Shown in pieces: positions 27,595-37,753 of a DNA stretch of 47,142 bases (positions are counted from its first letter, which is position 1; each line of letters begins with the position of its first letter). The notes beneath the pieces are model-generated. The model was not told the DNA's origin and searched no databases. It was given only the letters and a program-made list of their open reading frames with translations. Made by a program: the position numbers and the translations under genes. The DNA is from an uncultured virus (IMG/VR IMGVR_UViG_3300025767_000004) (Duplodnaviria; Heunggongvirae; Uroviricota; Caudoviricetes): IMG/VR virus record IMGVR_UViG_3300025767_000004; one strand, given 5' to 3'.

Positions 27595-28524
27595 CTACTT
27601 AAGACTAAGTAACATATCGATTAATTCCTGTTGGGGAAATACATCAAACTTACCTTTATTGGTGTTTGTATGACTTAAAATCCCCTTAATTTTACCGTAA
27701 TATGCATCACTATTAAATTCAAATGCCTTAACCCCATCTTTTTTAATTAATTCGGGTAGTCCTTTTCGTATATCAATATTATCTCTCTCCCCAATAAACT
27801 TTAAAGTCTCCTCTAACGATTTTAATTGGTTATTTGAGTATTTATGCCAAGTTTTATAACCTTTAAATTCTTCACTCAATGTAACTATTTGTTCATTATT
27901 CGCCTCTTGCCCTGACCACGTATAATACTTATTCGAGTCTTTGTAAATAAACCTACCCTTATGTTTATACTTACCCTTTGTAAGATACCCATAAGAGTTT
28001 AACTCTATACCTACCGACTCAATATGCATCTTCTGACTACCATTCTTACCCAAATGCCAACCATACGCACCATCAGGCATACATTTAACTACCTGACCGT
28101 CATATTCACTATCCCTATTTTTAATTGATTGTCCTCCAATAACGAACTCAGTCGCAATACGACCTCTACTGTCGTCGCCCCAATTCTTAACAGTCCTAAA
28201 TGGATTCTCTGAACCCGCAGTATGATGTAAAAAAATGTAGTCTTTATTAACAGGACCCTTAAGATACTCACCCTTAGGTAAGTAAGATTCTATTAATGTT
28301 AGTTTTTCAGTCCACGTATGATTCTCAGATAAATCAGTACTAGCAAGACCCATACAGTCCCAAGTGGAAGGACCAACAATACCATCAGTAATGAGATTGT
28401 TTTTCTGTTGGAAACTTTTAACCGCGTTTTCAGTATCTCTTCCAAATATACCGTCAGCTTTGATACCCAAGAACTCTTGGATTTCTTCAACCGCAATGCC
28501 TTTATCACCATACTTAATTATCAT
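27595..28524 (-). CDS. Endolysin: PG-binding domain + N-acetylmuramoyl-L-alanine amidase (Amidase_2)
   Basis: ADGIFGRDTENAVKSFQ...DGIVGP; LHHTAG, WHLG, GIEL, SH...KFD. Confidence 0.88.
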   Translation of the reverse strand: MIIKYGDKGIAVEEIQEFLGIKADGIFGRDTENAVKSFQQKNNLITDGIVGPSTWDCMGLASTDLSENHTWTEKLTLIESYLPKGEYLKGPVNKDYIFLHHTAGSENPFRTVKNWGDDSRGRIATEFVIGGQSIKNRDSEYDGQVVKCMPDGAYGWHLGKNGSQKMHIESVGIELNSYGYLTKGKYKHKGRFIYKDSNKYYTWSGQEANNEQIVTLSEEFKGYKTWHKYSNNQLKSLEETLKFIGERDNIDIRKGLPELIKKDGVKAFEFNSDAYYGKIKGILSHTNTNKGKFDVFPQQELIDMLLSLK

Positions 28525-28533
28525 ACTATTTTT

Positions 28534-29229
28534 TTAGTTGAAATACTTAATATCGTTAATTACAAATACCGACTCATCAATATCTGTTTTTCCTTCAATT
28601 TCATTTCTATGTTCATTAGTCACCACTAATGTCGACCCATCACATAACGATGTAAATGCACCCACACCCTCAACTTTATCTACTAAAAGACCATTATAGA
28701 ATAATTCTGCCTTCTCATCAGTGATTGATAGGTTAATAACTAAATCATCAGTCGTTTTTTTATGTGATTTAGGTGTCGATAAATCACTACCGAAGTATAT
28801 ATACTCACCATCGATGTCTGTTTTCCCCTCAAATAAGGTAACCTCAGTGCCGTTACTTAGTACGAAAACTATCGATGGGTTTAATAATGAACCCTCAGGT
28901 AGTTTAACGTCAATTTCGTAATCACCTAAACCCATTTCAAATTTAGAAGATATTTTACCAACCTCATATTCGTAAATGTCATCATCAAACATCATAGGAT
29001 TATGTTTTGTATGTAACTCAACCGATTCCGCCAATACTACCGAACCATTACCAAACCACTGATGATTCACCCCTTTTGTGTGGTTGTCCTCACCAGTCCC
29101 TGGTAACCAACTCCCCTCAAAATTAGATAAATCCATATCATAAGTTAATGTTAAATCCTCATTTAACGAATACTCCTTTGGTGATGGTGAAACAACACCC
29201 ATAAATAACTTTTTAATTCTTTCAAACAT
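28534..29229 (-). CDS. GH16/ConA-like protein, degenerate
   Basis: GKISSK...GDYEIDVKLPEG...PS; EVTLFE in place of EIDxxE; FYNG. Confidence 0.55.
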   Translation of the reverse strand: MFERIKKLFMGVVSPSPKEYSLNEDLTLTYDMDLSNFEGSWLPGTGEDNHTKGVNHQWFGNGSVVLAESVELHTKHNPMMFDDDIYEYEVGKISSKFEMGLGDYEIDVKLPEGSLLNPSIVFVLSNGTEVTLFEGKTDIDGEYIYFGSDLSTPKSHKKTTDDLVINLSITDEKAELFYNGLLVDKVEGVGAFTSLCDGSTLVVTNEHRNEIEGKTDIDESVFVINDIKYFN

Positions 29230-29234
29230 AACTT

Positions 29235-29546
29235 TTAATTATTATTTTCAAACCACTCTATTATGGCATTTATTGACCATACAATTCCTGCCCCGAACAT
29301 ACCATCGAAAAATATATTAAATGGTAATGGTATATTATAAATATCACCCGTTGGTGAAAACATGCATAATGAAAGGAAGAACCCCACCCATGTCGATGTA
29401 CATAACATACATCCCACTAATTCTCCAAAAAAACTAGGGTTATACTTATTTAAAAAGTCTCTAAATGGTTTTAGTATCGAACCATATACGATTATTGTCG
29501 ACATTCCGTAAGCAATAAATGCGAATAAAAATAAATTAGTCATCAT
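29235..29546 (-). CDS. DUF1360-like membrane protein
   Basis: TM helices with ELVGCMLCTSTWVG. Confidence 0.7.
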   Translation of the reverse strand: MMTNLFLFAFIAYGMSTIIVYGSILKPFRDFLNKYNPSFFGELVGCMLCTSTWVGFFLSLCMFSPTGDIYNIPLPFNIFFDGMFGAGIVWSINAIIEWFENNN

Positions 29547-30174
29547 ATAAATTATCTGTTTTTTTAGTTGGTACTTTCATTTTACTTTCAAATTGTTCGA
29601 ACATCTTATCGTACTTACCAACTGTTTCCAACAATTGTTCATTTTTTTGTCTTAAGTCATCTAACTCTTTAGTATTTGTCTTACTACCCTCTTTTATCTG
29701 ACTCTGTAATTTAGTGATTTCACTTACTAAATCTTTATTTTCTTTTCTTAAGTTTTTTAGTTTTGTACTATAAGTTTTGTTGGACTTCTCCAACTTAGTA
29801 ACCTTTCCTCCGAGTTCTTTTACCTGTTCGTCATCAGTTATCATAACTTCCTTAGTAACAACTTTTTCTACGGGTACTTTAACTTCTTTGGTTACTATTT
29901 TTTCAACAGGGACCTCGATTTCTTTTATAACTTCCTTTACTACATCAACTTCCTTAATGACCTCAACTTCTTTTATTACCTCCACCTCTTTAATAACCTC
30001 AACTTCCTTAATGACCTGTTCTTTTTTCATTGCAGAAGGGGTCTCCCCATACCTCTGTATGTATACCCCCTTTTGATATGAATCGACAACAAATTTACGT
30101 ATGTCTTCAATATCATTTAACTTACAAAATTGTTCGGTCTCTTTATCAACCGTTAAGCAATACTTCTTTCCCAT
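29536..30174 (-). CDS. Coiled-coil protein with EVEVIK repeats
   Basis: (VIKEVE)n then coiled coil. Confidence 0.75.
   Translation of the reverse strand: MGKKYCLTVDKETEQFCKLNDIEDIRKFVVDSYQKGVYIQRYGETPSAMKKEQVIKEVEVIKEVEVIKEVEVIKEVDVVKEVIKEIEVPVEKIVTKEVKVPVEKVVTKEVMITDDEQVKELGGKVTKLEKSNKTYSTKLKNLRKENKDLVSEITKLQSQIKEGSKTNTKELDDLRQKNEQLLETVGKYDKMFEQFESKMKVPTKKTDNLYDD
29845..30017 (-). repeat. Imperfect 18-bp coding tandem repeat (VIKEVE/VPVEK)
   Basis: Visible in DNA and protein; boundaries approximate. Confidence 0.75.
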
Positions 30175-30925
30175 TTTCTAAGTCATCAATATCCGTTATC
30201 TTAAATTGTAAGAAAGGACTTTTATTTTCTAAATCTCTAAAGGTGTAAGTATCTGAATCAACTTCGTAAATACCATACCCATGCTTACTCACTGACTCCC
30301 CAAAATTCTGTTGAATTGTAGACCCGACCATATACGCCTTTCCACCAGGGAAATCGAATATTTGTCTCTTATGTATGTCACCACACATCACTAAGTCACA
30401 CCCTTTAAACTTAAATGGGTCGTAACCATCTTCAAACTCAAAACCGATATCCGTAGATAACCCCTGAACAGGACCATGAAATAAACCAATATGTTTCTTA
30501 CCCTCAACCCTTTTGATTACTGGTGGTTCATTATGTGTCTTTAATGAATATACGACCCATACAATATTATCATCCTCATATAGACCTTTATCCATATGAT
30601 ATGAGATTCTATCGTTCTTCATAGAGTCTAATATCGGACTGATTGTATCTAACCTATCCATATTATTCTCAACAAAATCGTGATTACCTATAATAACAAC
30701 CGTCTTAGCTATCTTACTACACTCATTTAATACCCACCGAGTAATATCAATTAACTCAGGAGTAACTTGGTTTTTGGAATGTACTAAGTCACCTGTAAAA
30801 ACAATTCTATCTGGTGAAATTTCTCTCCATTGTTCCAACGCTTCAGTCATTATCTCTCGATATTGTCCGTGGTATTGAAATAGTCTTAAGTGTAGGTCCG
30901 AAAAGTGAACAATCTTATTTATCAT
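30146..30925 (-). CDS. SbcD/Mre11/gp47-like metallophosphoesterase nuclease
   Basis: SDLH, GDLVH, GNHD, FHG, GDIH, YMVGS.IQQNFGE; start revised to 30925. Confidence 0.92.
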   Translation of the reverse strand: MINKIVHFSDLHLRLFQYHGQYREIMTEALEQWREISPDRIVFTGDLVHSKNQVTPELIDITRWVLNECSKIAKTVVIIGNHDFVENNMDRLDTISPILDSMKNDRISYHMDKGLYEDDNIVWVVYSLKTHNEPPVIKRVEGKKHIGLFHGPVQGLSTDIGFEFEDGYDPFKFKGCDLVMCGDIHKRQIFDFPGGKAYMVGSTIQQNFGESVSKHGYGIYEVDSDTYTFRDLENKSPFLQFKITDIDDLENGKEVLLNG

Positions 30926-31601
30926 AGTATCCGTTTCTGTCTGCAAATTCTTCTAAACTCTTAATGTGCTCTTCTCTTTGTTTGTCTTCATTCATAAATG
31001 AAACAATAATGTAACGAGTACCCTTATTCACCGGCATTCCTCCGTGTTTATGAGTAATCTGACCAGGGTGAATAGTAACGTATCCCGTACCTTTCGGTTT
31101 CGCCAACTTCTTATGTCTTGAGAAGTAAGTCCCTCCACCTTCGAAGTCTTCATTCAACGCAACGTTACACGATATCTTTGATTGGTCATAATGTAGTGAC
31201 AAATGTCCCTGTTCTTCAGGTGAATATCTAATAATGAAGTTTTCTGAATAGATATTACCCATATCCCAACTACCACCAGCCAGTTCATAAATGTGTCTCG
31301 CAGCTCCCATAATATACTCATCGAGTATCTCCATATAGATATCGTCAAAACCAAATGTTTCAACCAACATATCCGTAGTAGGGTAAAATGCATGTCTCTT
31401 ATGTGTCCACTTCTGAGTCGCTTCAGCACACTCAATAAGTTTAGCACACAACTCTTCCTTAAATAAAGGGAATTGATATACGTCAGGAGCAATCTCCTCA
31501 ACCATCATATCCCATTCTTTAGAAATCGCCTCAGGCCTTAGAAACCTTTGTTTCCAAGCCTCTTTGTCATCAAAATAAGTATAAATTTCTGGATGTATCA
31601 T
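30915..31601 (-). CDS. 2OG-Fe(II) dioxygenase, PLOD lysyl-hydroxylase-domain-like
   Basis: PDVYQFPLF, NFIIRYSPEEQ..L..HYD, NVALN, EGGG, HPG..TH.H, GTRYIIVSF. Confidence 0.88.
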   Translation of the reverse strand: MIHPEIYTYFDDKEAWKQRFLRPEAISKEWDMMVEEIAPDVYQFPLFKEELCAKLIECAEATQKWTHKRHAFYPTTDMLVETFGFDDIYMEILDEYIMGAARHIYELAGGSWDMGNIYSENFIIRYSPEEQGHLSLHYDQSKISCNVALNEDFEGGGTYFSRHKKLAKPKGTGYVTIHPGQITHKHGGMPVNKGTRYIIVSFMNEDKQREEHIKSLEEFADRNGYYDK

Positions 31602-31623
31602 AATTAATTATAATTTATTTATT

Positions 31624-32481
31624 TTATTTATCCAAATATTTTGACATATCTAACTCCATCACTTTTTGAATCACACTTTTTGGGACTCTAAACTCCTGAA
31701 AGTCAGAACTGTCTTTTAGTAAAACTACTACACAACCTAATAAACTTAGGTTTTCATATTTGGTTCCTTTTAACATCTTTAAAATCAAACGACCATAAAA
31801 TGGTAACTGTAAGTAGTAGTGACCTAAAGCAGTATCAGGGAAATCCTGAAACGGCTCTTTCATTGGTTTAGTCCACTTAGTCGATTTAAAGTTTTTTTCT
31901 TTATTTGTTTTCCAATCGGTAATTACCATACCGAATCCTGTTTTCTCTTTATTAAGTATCAACCATACCTTATCTGGTTGCCCTGTATATCCTAAATCAG
32001 GGTCACCCAATACCATCTCAGTATCGAGTAGAACCGCACCTCTCTCGTCCATTAATTTAAGGAATTTCTCACCCGCATTAATCATCGAGTTTGATTTTAA
32101 CTCCTGTTCAATATCAACATTAAAGATTGGTTCTCTAACATCTTTATAGTTTCCATTGTCCTCAATCACCTTTTTCTCTAAAAGGTAGTGTACTCGAGAA
32201 CCCATATTGGTAGCGTAGGAACCAGCCGCACTCCACTCAGCAAGGATTTCTTGTTGTAACATATGGTCTCCCTTAGCCTTTCTGAATGAAATCTCATCCG
32301 CTGGAAATTCAGTATAAAAGTGTTTCAATACTTTAGACACTGACGGCCAATTACTTCTAACCTCACCATTATTATCTTTCATATAATAAGTGTGAGTGTC
32401 CTCAATAAATGAGAGACTCAATTCTTTTTTTCTTTCTTCAAAGATGTCTCTAATTTCTTGAGATATATTTTTTAAATCCAT
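31624..32481 (-). CDS. PD-(D/E)XK (Cas4-like/RecB-type) exonuclease
   Basis: PSVS, GSRVH, GQPD, DWKTNK, YYLQL..Y. Confidence 0.85.
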   Translation of the reverse strand: MDLKNISQEIRDIFEERKKELSLSFIEDTHTYYMKDNNGEVRSNWPSVSKVLKHFYTEFPADEISFRKAKGDHMLQQEILAEWSAAGSYATNMGSRVHYLLEKKVIEDNGNYKDVREPIFNVDIEQELKSNSMINAGEKFLKLMDERGAVLLDTEMVLGDPDLGYTGQPDKVWLILNKEKTGFGMVITDWKTNKEKNFKSTKWTKPMKEPFQDFPDTALGHYYLQLPFYGRLILKMLKGTKYENLSLLGCVVVLLKDSSDFQEFRVPKSVIQKVMELDMSKYLDK

Positions 32482-32485
32482 TAAC

Positions 32486-33430
32486 TTATTGTCTTTCTAA
32501 TTCCATTATTGAACCTTCAGGAATAACCCCTCTTAAGTCCCCAATATCTTTATCATCTGGTAGTTTTATTAATTTAACCCTACCGTGTAATGCACCACCA
32601 TTAAGTTTTAGGTAAAGCTTCTTAGAGTCTTCCCATGCATCACCATCTAAACAAATGTATATGTCTCCCTTAGCCTTATCATATAATGACATCCATAGAT
32701 AATCATTTATGAACTTACCTAATAATGGTATTGAATTCGGTAAGAAGAAACTATCAAACACTCCCTCACATATATAGATATCCTTATTCCAATCTATTAA
32801 ATATTCATTAAAAATCAAGGTTTCTTTACTCGCCCTCGGATTCTTATACTTAAGAAATCCTTTACCAAACAAACGTGACACAAAGAAGTTTAAGTCTCCT
32901 TTCTTATCATATGACGGGACTATAATCCTACCGTAGTATGGTCCATCATAACAGAACCCAATATTATGTCTTTCAATAATACTATCGGTAATTCCACGGT
33001 TGATTAGGTAATTGTACGCACCTTTATAGTGATGTGTCAATTTAACCCCCATAGATGCCTCTGAAAACTTAATATATTCCTTTGGTAATACAATTTTCTC
33101 ATACTTAATCTCACCCTTATCCAAAAAGGTGTCAGGCATAATTAATGAAAGTTGTTTCTTATGTGAAGTGGAACCCCATTTGTTGACCATCTTATTGATG
33201 GACCCGTGGGTGTTGTGAGTCTCAGAACATGCCCAACACTTATAAACGTTACGATGATAGTTAACCTCTAAGTTTCCTTTACCATCACCATCGTCCAAAC
33301 CTTTAATATCATACGAACAGGTAGGACAGTCAAATGATATTTGACCCGTACCCTCATTATGTTTTGTAGGTTCTCCTAAAAGGTCCTCAATAAGTGATAA
33401 TAGTAAATCTGTGTCGACATTCTGCTCCAT
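32486..33430 (-). CDS. DnaG-type DNA primase
   Basis: CPTC...CWAC zinc finger, KYKNP, CEGVFD, LDGDA TOPRIM, KDIGD. Confidence 0.92.
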   Translation of the reverse strand: MEQNVDTDLLLSLIEDLLGEPTKHNEGTGQISFDCPTCSYDIKGLDDGDGKGNLEVNYHRNVYKCWACSETHNTHGSINKMVNKWGSTSHKKQLSLIMPDTFLDKGEIKYEKIVLPKEYIKFSEASMGVKLTHHYKGAYNYLINRGITDSIIERHNIGFCYDGPYYGRIIVPSYDKKGDLNFFVSRLFGKGFLKYKNPRASKETLIFNEYLIDWNKDIYICEGVFDSFFLPNSIPLLGKFINDYLWMSLYDKAKGDIYICLDGDAWEDSKKLYLKLNGGALHGRVKLIKLPDDKDIGDLRGVIPEGSIMELERQ

Positions 33431-33434
33431 AGAA

Positions 33435-33466
33435 CAAAAGTAATAAATTAATTTGGTAAAACCAAA
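33435..33466 (-). promoter_or_regulatory. Bacteroidota-type promoter directly abutting primase start
   Basis: TTTG-N20-TACTTTTG, 4 nt before ATG. Confidence 0.65.
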
Positions 33467-33467
33467 C

Positions 33468-34076
33468 TTACTCTTCTTTCTTTTCCTCTAACAAATTAAG
33501 ATAACCAACCACACACGTATACGCATCTGTCATATCAAAATTCTCTTTCTTTAGAGTATTGTTTCGAGTATATAACCAAGTTATCTGTGGTTCTCTATCC
33601 GCAACTTGCTCCCATATGATAAGTTTTTTGTCACACCCCTTTGGGTATCCTCCGAAAAGAACTTTCTTACCTTTAGCATTCTCAGCGTATAGGTTTGGAT
33701 ACGCATATTTACGTGAGTCGTACGTTGATATGTATTTAGGTACCACGTTAAGTACATCATATACAATTTTGGATACTAATGCATTGAACTTCATTAATGT
33801 ACCAACCGTATAAATGTTATTAGAAGTAAGTAGTGGTTGTTCAATTACGACCATTTCAATACCTAAACCTTTATAGGTTTCTAATTTAGTTTGAAACGCA
33901 TCTGCCTTCTTAATCAATTCTTCAATTAAGTCGTCAGGTCTTGGTTTCACTATTGGTGAGAAGTGAGTTAATTCCATTAAAGACATCGTCTCTCTCTCAA
34001 TCAATGCAAATCCAATCGTCTTTGTTGATATATCTAACCCTAAAACTTTGGGTGTTTGTTTTTTTGTTTTTCTCAT
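33468..34076 (-). CDS. RuvC-like Holliday junction resolvase
   Basis: LGLDISTKTIG, VVIEQP, DMTDAY. Confidence 0.85.
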   Translation of the reverse strand: MRKTKKQTPKVLGLDISTKTIGFALIERETMSLMELTHFSPIVKPRPDDLIEELIKKADAFQTKLETYKGLGIEMVVIEQPLLTSNNIYTVGTLMKFNALVSKIVYDVLNVVPKYISTYDSRKYAYPNLYAENAKGKKVLFGGYPKGCDKKLIIWEQVADREPQITWLYTRNNTLKKENFDMTDAYTCVVGYLNLLEEKKEE

Positions 34077-34128
34077 TACTAGGAATGTATTTAAACTAAT
34101 ATAACCCCGTAACTACTAAAAATAAATA

Positions 34129-36264
34129 TTAAAAGTCTATTTTAACTGATATGACCTGATTTGAAGTGTCATTGTCAACGTCAAACTCTCTTAAGTGTGG
34201 TGTCGAAACCTTACCAATCGCAACCATATCCCTATCCGTGTTGTATAAAGCCACCTCAGTAATTCTAAGTGATTGTTTCTTAATATCGGTATCAGTATCC
34301 CACGTAGGATTTAAAGACCTGTTAAAGTGTTTAGACGGTAAATTAATCATATAGTTCATAACATACACACTGTGTTGTTTATGTAAGGATAAATCACCCA
34401 TTAACATAAATTCATCACCGAATGTGAAGTTATCTCTTTCATTCATATTTGGATAACCAATTAAATCTCTATACACAAATCCATCAGCATTACTATACGC
34501 ATCAGCAGTGATTATGAATTTAGTTCCCGTTAAATGATTTGAAAGGATGTTATTCCCCATAACGTGAGAATTTAAACTCGACGTATAGTTAATCATTCTC
34601 CATTGGTCAGGTGATGGTCTCTCACCAGTATTTACCTGTTGAATTAATATATAGAACTCAGTCGCTTGGTAACCCGGAGCGAAATCTGTGATAACCTTAT
34701 TTCTTAAATAATTAAACCCGTCTTTGAATGAAACTGCAACATCATAATTATCATCCGATTTTGGTTCCACTTTTATATACTGAGCGTTAGGAGCCGAATA
34801 TGACTTAGCATTATTATCATAGAACATATATGACACATAAACCTCTTTTGAAAGGTCCATAGGTAATAACACATCATCTGGTGAATCAATACAATCAGCA
34901 TCTGAAGACATTCTAACCACCTTAGGTGCTGGCAACGTCCAATTACGATTAGACTTCATAGATAACGCCATTAATATTTCTTCGTCATCAATAACCACTA
35001 ATTGTTTATACGGGAAAACTTTACCTACCACATTTTTAGATGGTGTACTATCAATTAAATCATAATACACATCACCCTTAGCATCCATTTCATCATTAAC
35101 TAATGACTTCACGTACTTCTTAGTCGGAGACATTTTAAATTTATGACCAATAGAACCATTAAGCGAATATGTCATATAATCTCTATGATACATAAGTGTC
35201 GGTAGGTTTAGTTCGAACTCATTGTCCGCTTCTTTCCACCATTCACCCGTTCCATAATAATCTTCCCACTTAGTATAGTGAATTATACCAATAAATTTTT
35301 GTTCGTGAGGATAAACCTCAATTATCTCACCGTAAGAATCTTTAAAAGATGAACAATACTCCCACGTATTACCTGTCTCATCTTCTACAAATTCTTGTAC
35401 AGTTCCTTTATTATTAATTACCTTTATTTCTTGCTCCGTTGGTGGACATATTGTCGTTGTAGTCGTTGTTACCCCTTGGTTCTGACAAAGAAATACCCCC
35501 TCTTTGTGTTGGTGTGAAGTATAACCTAATAGTTCCTTTGTCGAAACGTATCTTGCACCTTCAGAATAATTTCTACTTAGGTTATCATCAAAACCCATAA
35601 ACTCTTCAGTCCATGGAATGTTAAAATCTAAGTACTCAGTCGTTTCTCTATTACTATATTGAAAAGCAGTTGCTTCAACACTCATATCCGTGATATGTGA
35701 ATAGTCATACATATTTCTATCTAAAATGACAGTACTGTTATCAACAAATTCAATAACTTTATACCACACATAAGGACCATCATTGTCTATAACATTTGAT
35801 GGGTCCTGAGGAAACTTAACTAATATATATTCACACGTAATTTTTTCAGGGGTAACTAAAACATTGGTACCGTCAAAGTTCATTATCGGAATACATATAC
35901 CTAACGGTGTCTTAATATTCTTATTTTGGGTAACCCCTAAATAATTAACTTTTTGACTAACGGTCTCTTCCTGATGATTTTCAATCACCTGTCCGTATGT
36001 TCTACACTCATTACCCTCATTAGACTCAGGATACACAGGAATCGGATATTTTATATCACTATCCTTATCTTTAGCCCTTAAAACTACTTGCGTTTGTGAC
36101 GTACCATCTTTCTCATAGATATCTTCGTTTTTGTAATCATACTCCGAATCTCCTATTTGGAAAAATTCGATATTACAAAACTTACCAGTAGAAATTAACT
36201 CTCTACCCTTGTCAGTGATTTTAACATCAATTAATGTTTCTATATTTTTTTTAAGATACGCCAT
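34129..36264 (-). CDS. Putative virion structural (baseplate/tail-associated) protein
   Basis: N-terminal ITDKGRELI...FQIGDSE and C-terminal ITEVALY...VAIGK..P...VKIDF, as in tail-collar-type proteins; internal T6 run; TATTTATA at 36278-36285. Confidence 0.65.
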   Translation of the reverse strand: MAYLKKNIETLIDVKITDKGRELISTGKFCNIEFFQIGDSEYDYKNEDIYEKDGTSQTQVVLRAKDKDSDIKYPIPVYPESNEGNECRTYGQVIENHQEETVSQKVNYLGVTQNKNIKTPLGICIPIMNFDGTNVLVTPEKITCEYILVKFPQDPSNVIDNDGPYVWYKVIEFVDNSTVILDRNMYDYSHITDMSVEATAFQYSNRETTEYLDFNIPWTEEFMGFDDNLSRNYSEGARYVSTKELLGYTSHQHKEGVFLCQNQGVTTTTTTICPPTEQEIKVINNKGTVQEFVEDETGNTWEYCSSFKDSYGEIIEVYPHEQKFIGIIHYTKWEDYYGTGEWWKEADNEFELNLPTLMYHRDYMTYSLNGSIGHKFKMSPTKKYVKSLVNDEMDAKGDVYYDLIDSTPSKNVVGKVFPYKQLVVIDDEEILMALSMKSNRNWTLPAPKVVRMSSDADCIDSPDDVLLPMDLSKEVYVSYMFYDNNAKSYSAPNAQYIKVEPKSDDNYDVAVSFKDGFNYLRNKVITDFAPGYQATEFYILIQQVNTGERPSPDQWRMINYTSSLNSHVMGNNILSNHLTGTKFIITADAYSNADGFVYRDLIGYPNMNERDNFTFGDEFMLMGDLSLHKQHSVYVMNYMINLPSKHFNRSLNPTWDTDTDIKKQSLRITEVALYNTDRDMVAIGKVSTPHLREFDVDNDTSNQVISVKIDF

Positions 36265-36301
36265 CTATTCGTTTTATTATAAATATCTATTTAGTATTTT
36301 T

Positions 36302-37753
36302 TCACTCTATTAATGAAAAAATTCCAAACCTTTCATATATCGTATTATAAACCTCTGAAGAATATTGTACATAATTGTCACTATCTTTAATTTCTTTTAC
36401 AGAATCCACATACTCAATGATTCTGTCATCATCAATCGATAACTGATAATATGCATCATTGAATGGACCTAAATAAAAGTTCATCTTCCCAATCCTTCTG
36501 AAGTTACCAATCGAATTATAATCATTCTCACTATAAAAACCAATAAAGGTTGATTCGTAAACCTTTCGACTATTTTTGGTCCTAAACTCACGGAAGTAAT
36601 CCATATCCGAAACATACAAAACATCAATGATTATGTTGTGTTTATCCCCAGACTTAATAATCTTACTAATATAATCCTCTAACTCTTTAATCGTAGTATT
36701 CCCCTTCTTAGTCAATAACAAATCTATATCATTACCATTAATAGACCCCCACATTGCGATTTGGAAATCGTCAGTAATTAATAATTCCCTATTCTCCTCA
36801 AACCACTTATTAAACAACTCGTTATTAAGTTTATCTTTCACTATAAGATTATTATTTAATTTTTTTCTTTTAGCCGTAAGTGTCTCAGTTTTTTCAAATA
36901 GTGACGACTCAGTTAAATTAAATAACTTCGAATATTCAGGATAACCCTCTTTTATTATTTCTTCTTTTAATATATGATTATAGAAGTCTCTAGTAACTTT
37001 ATTACCCCGATTTAGTTTATGTTTAGAATGTCCCAAATGAACAAATGGTTCTTTTGAGTTAAAATTATACAACCCCCATTCACCTTCATTTGCTATCTGA
37101 TTACAATGATACTTTTTATCTAAATAACCTAAGTTTATTTGTTCCATAAATATCGTATATGAATCATACTCAAAAGGCGTGGTATATCTAATTTCTTTAA
37201 TCGATTCAACAACCTCCTTCGCATTATTCAAAAATTCCATCTTTAAATCGTAACTATTGAAAACCAATAAACTACCATTAACCACATTAAAATCCTCATC
37301 TATAGGTTCATAAAAACTCAAAGAAGTAAATTCCTCTTTATCATTATAAAACTTATTTAAATACTCCATACCCCAACTCTCATAGTGATAACACATCATA
37401 TCTTTATGTAACTCAGTAAATGACGTATCTCTGAAATATGTATCTATGTCAAATAAACACACAGGTTCCCCAAATTCTTTAATTGGTAATATTTTTTTAT
37501 ACGACCAGAAACATTCGTGAATATCTAAGTCATATTCTCTAACCCTAACTTCATCATATAAATTATCAAACCCATACTTCTCAACAAATTCTTTTATTTG
37601 ATTATCACAGTATAAGTAAATGGGGTTCCCACTTCTTTTCCATGTTAATATAGAATAAACCCATGTATATAGTTCCGAAACACTTAAATCGTGACCCATA
37701 CCGTAAATAAACCCTCTACCCTTATTAGTAAAAACTGAATGTATCCCAATCAT
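36302..37753 (-). CDS. GT-A-like domain fused to nucleotidyltransferase-like domain
   Basis: FWSYKK, FDIDTY, N..., EQ..L, HLG; then WGSINGNDIDLLL...IDV. Confidence 0.6.
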   Translation of the reverse strand: MIGIHSVFTNKGRGFIYGMGHDLSVSELYTWVYSILTWKRSGNPIYLYCDNQIKEFVEKYGFDNLYDEVRVREYDLDIHECFWSYKKILPIKEFGEPVCLFDIDTYFRDTSFTELHKDMMCYHYESWGMEYLNKFYNDKEEFTSLSFYEPIDEDFNVVNGSLLVFNSYDLKMEFLNNAKEVVESIKEIRYTTPFEYDSYTIFMEQINLGYLDKKYHCNQIANEGEWGLYNFNSKEPFVHLGHSKHKLNRGNKVTRDFYNHILKEEIIKEGYPEYSKLFNLTESSLFEKTETLTAKRKKLNNNLIVKDKLNNELFNKWFEENRELLITDDFQIAMWGSINGNDIDLLLTKKGNTTIKELEDYISKIIKSGDKHNIIIDVLYVSDMDYFREFRTKNSRKVYESTFIGFYSENDYNSIGNFRRIGKMNFYLGPFNDAYYQLSIDDDRIIEYVDSVKEIKDSDNYVQYSSEVYNTIYERFGIFSLIE

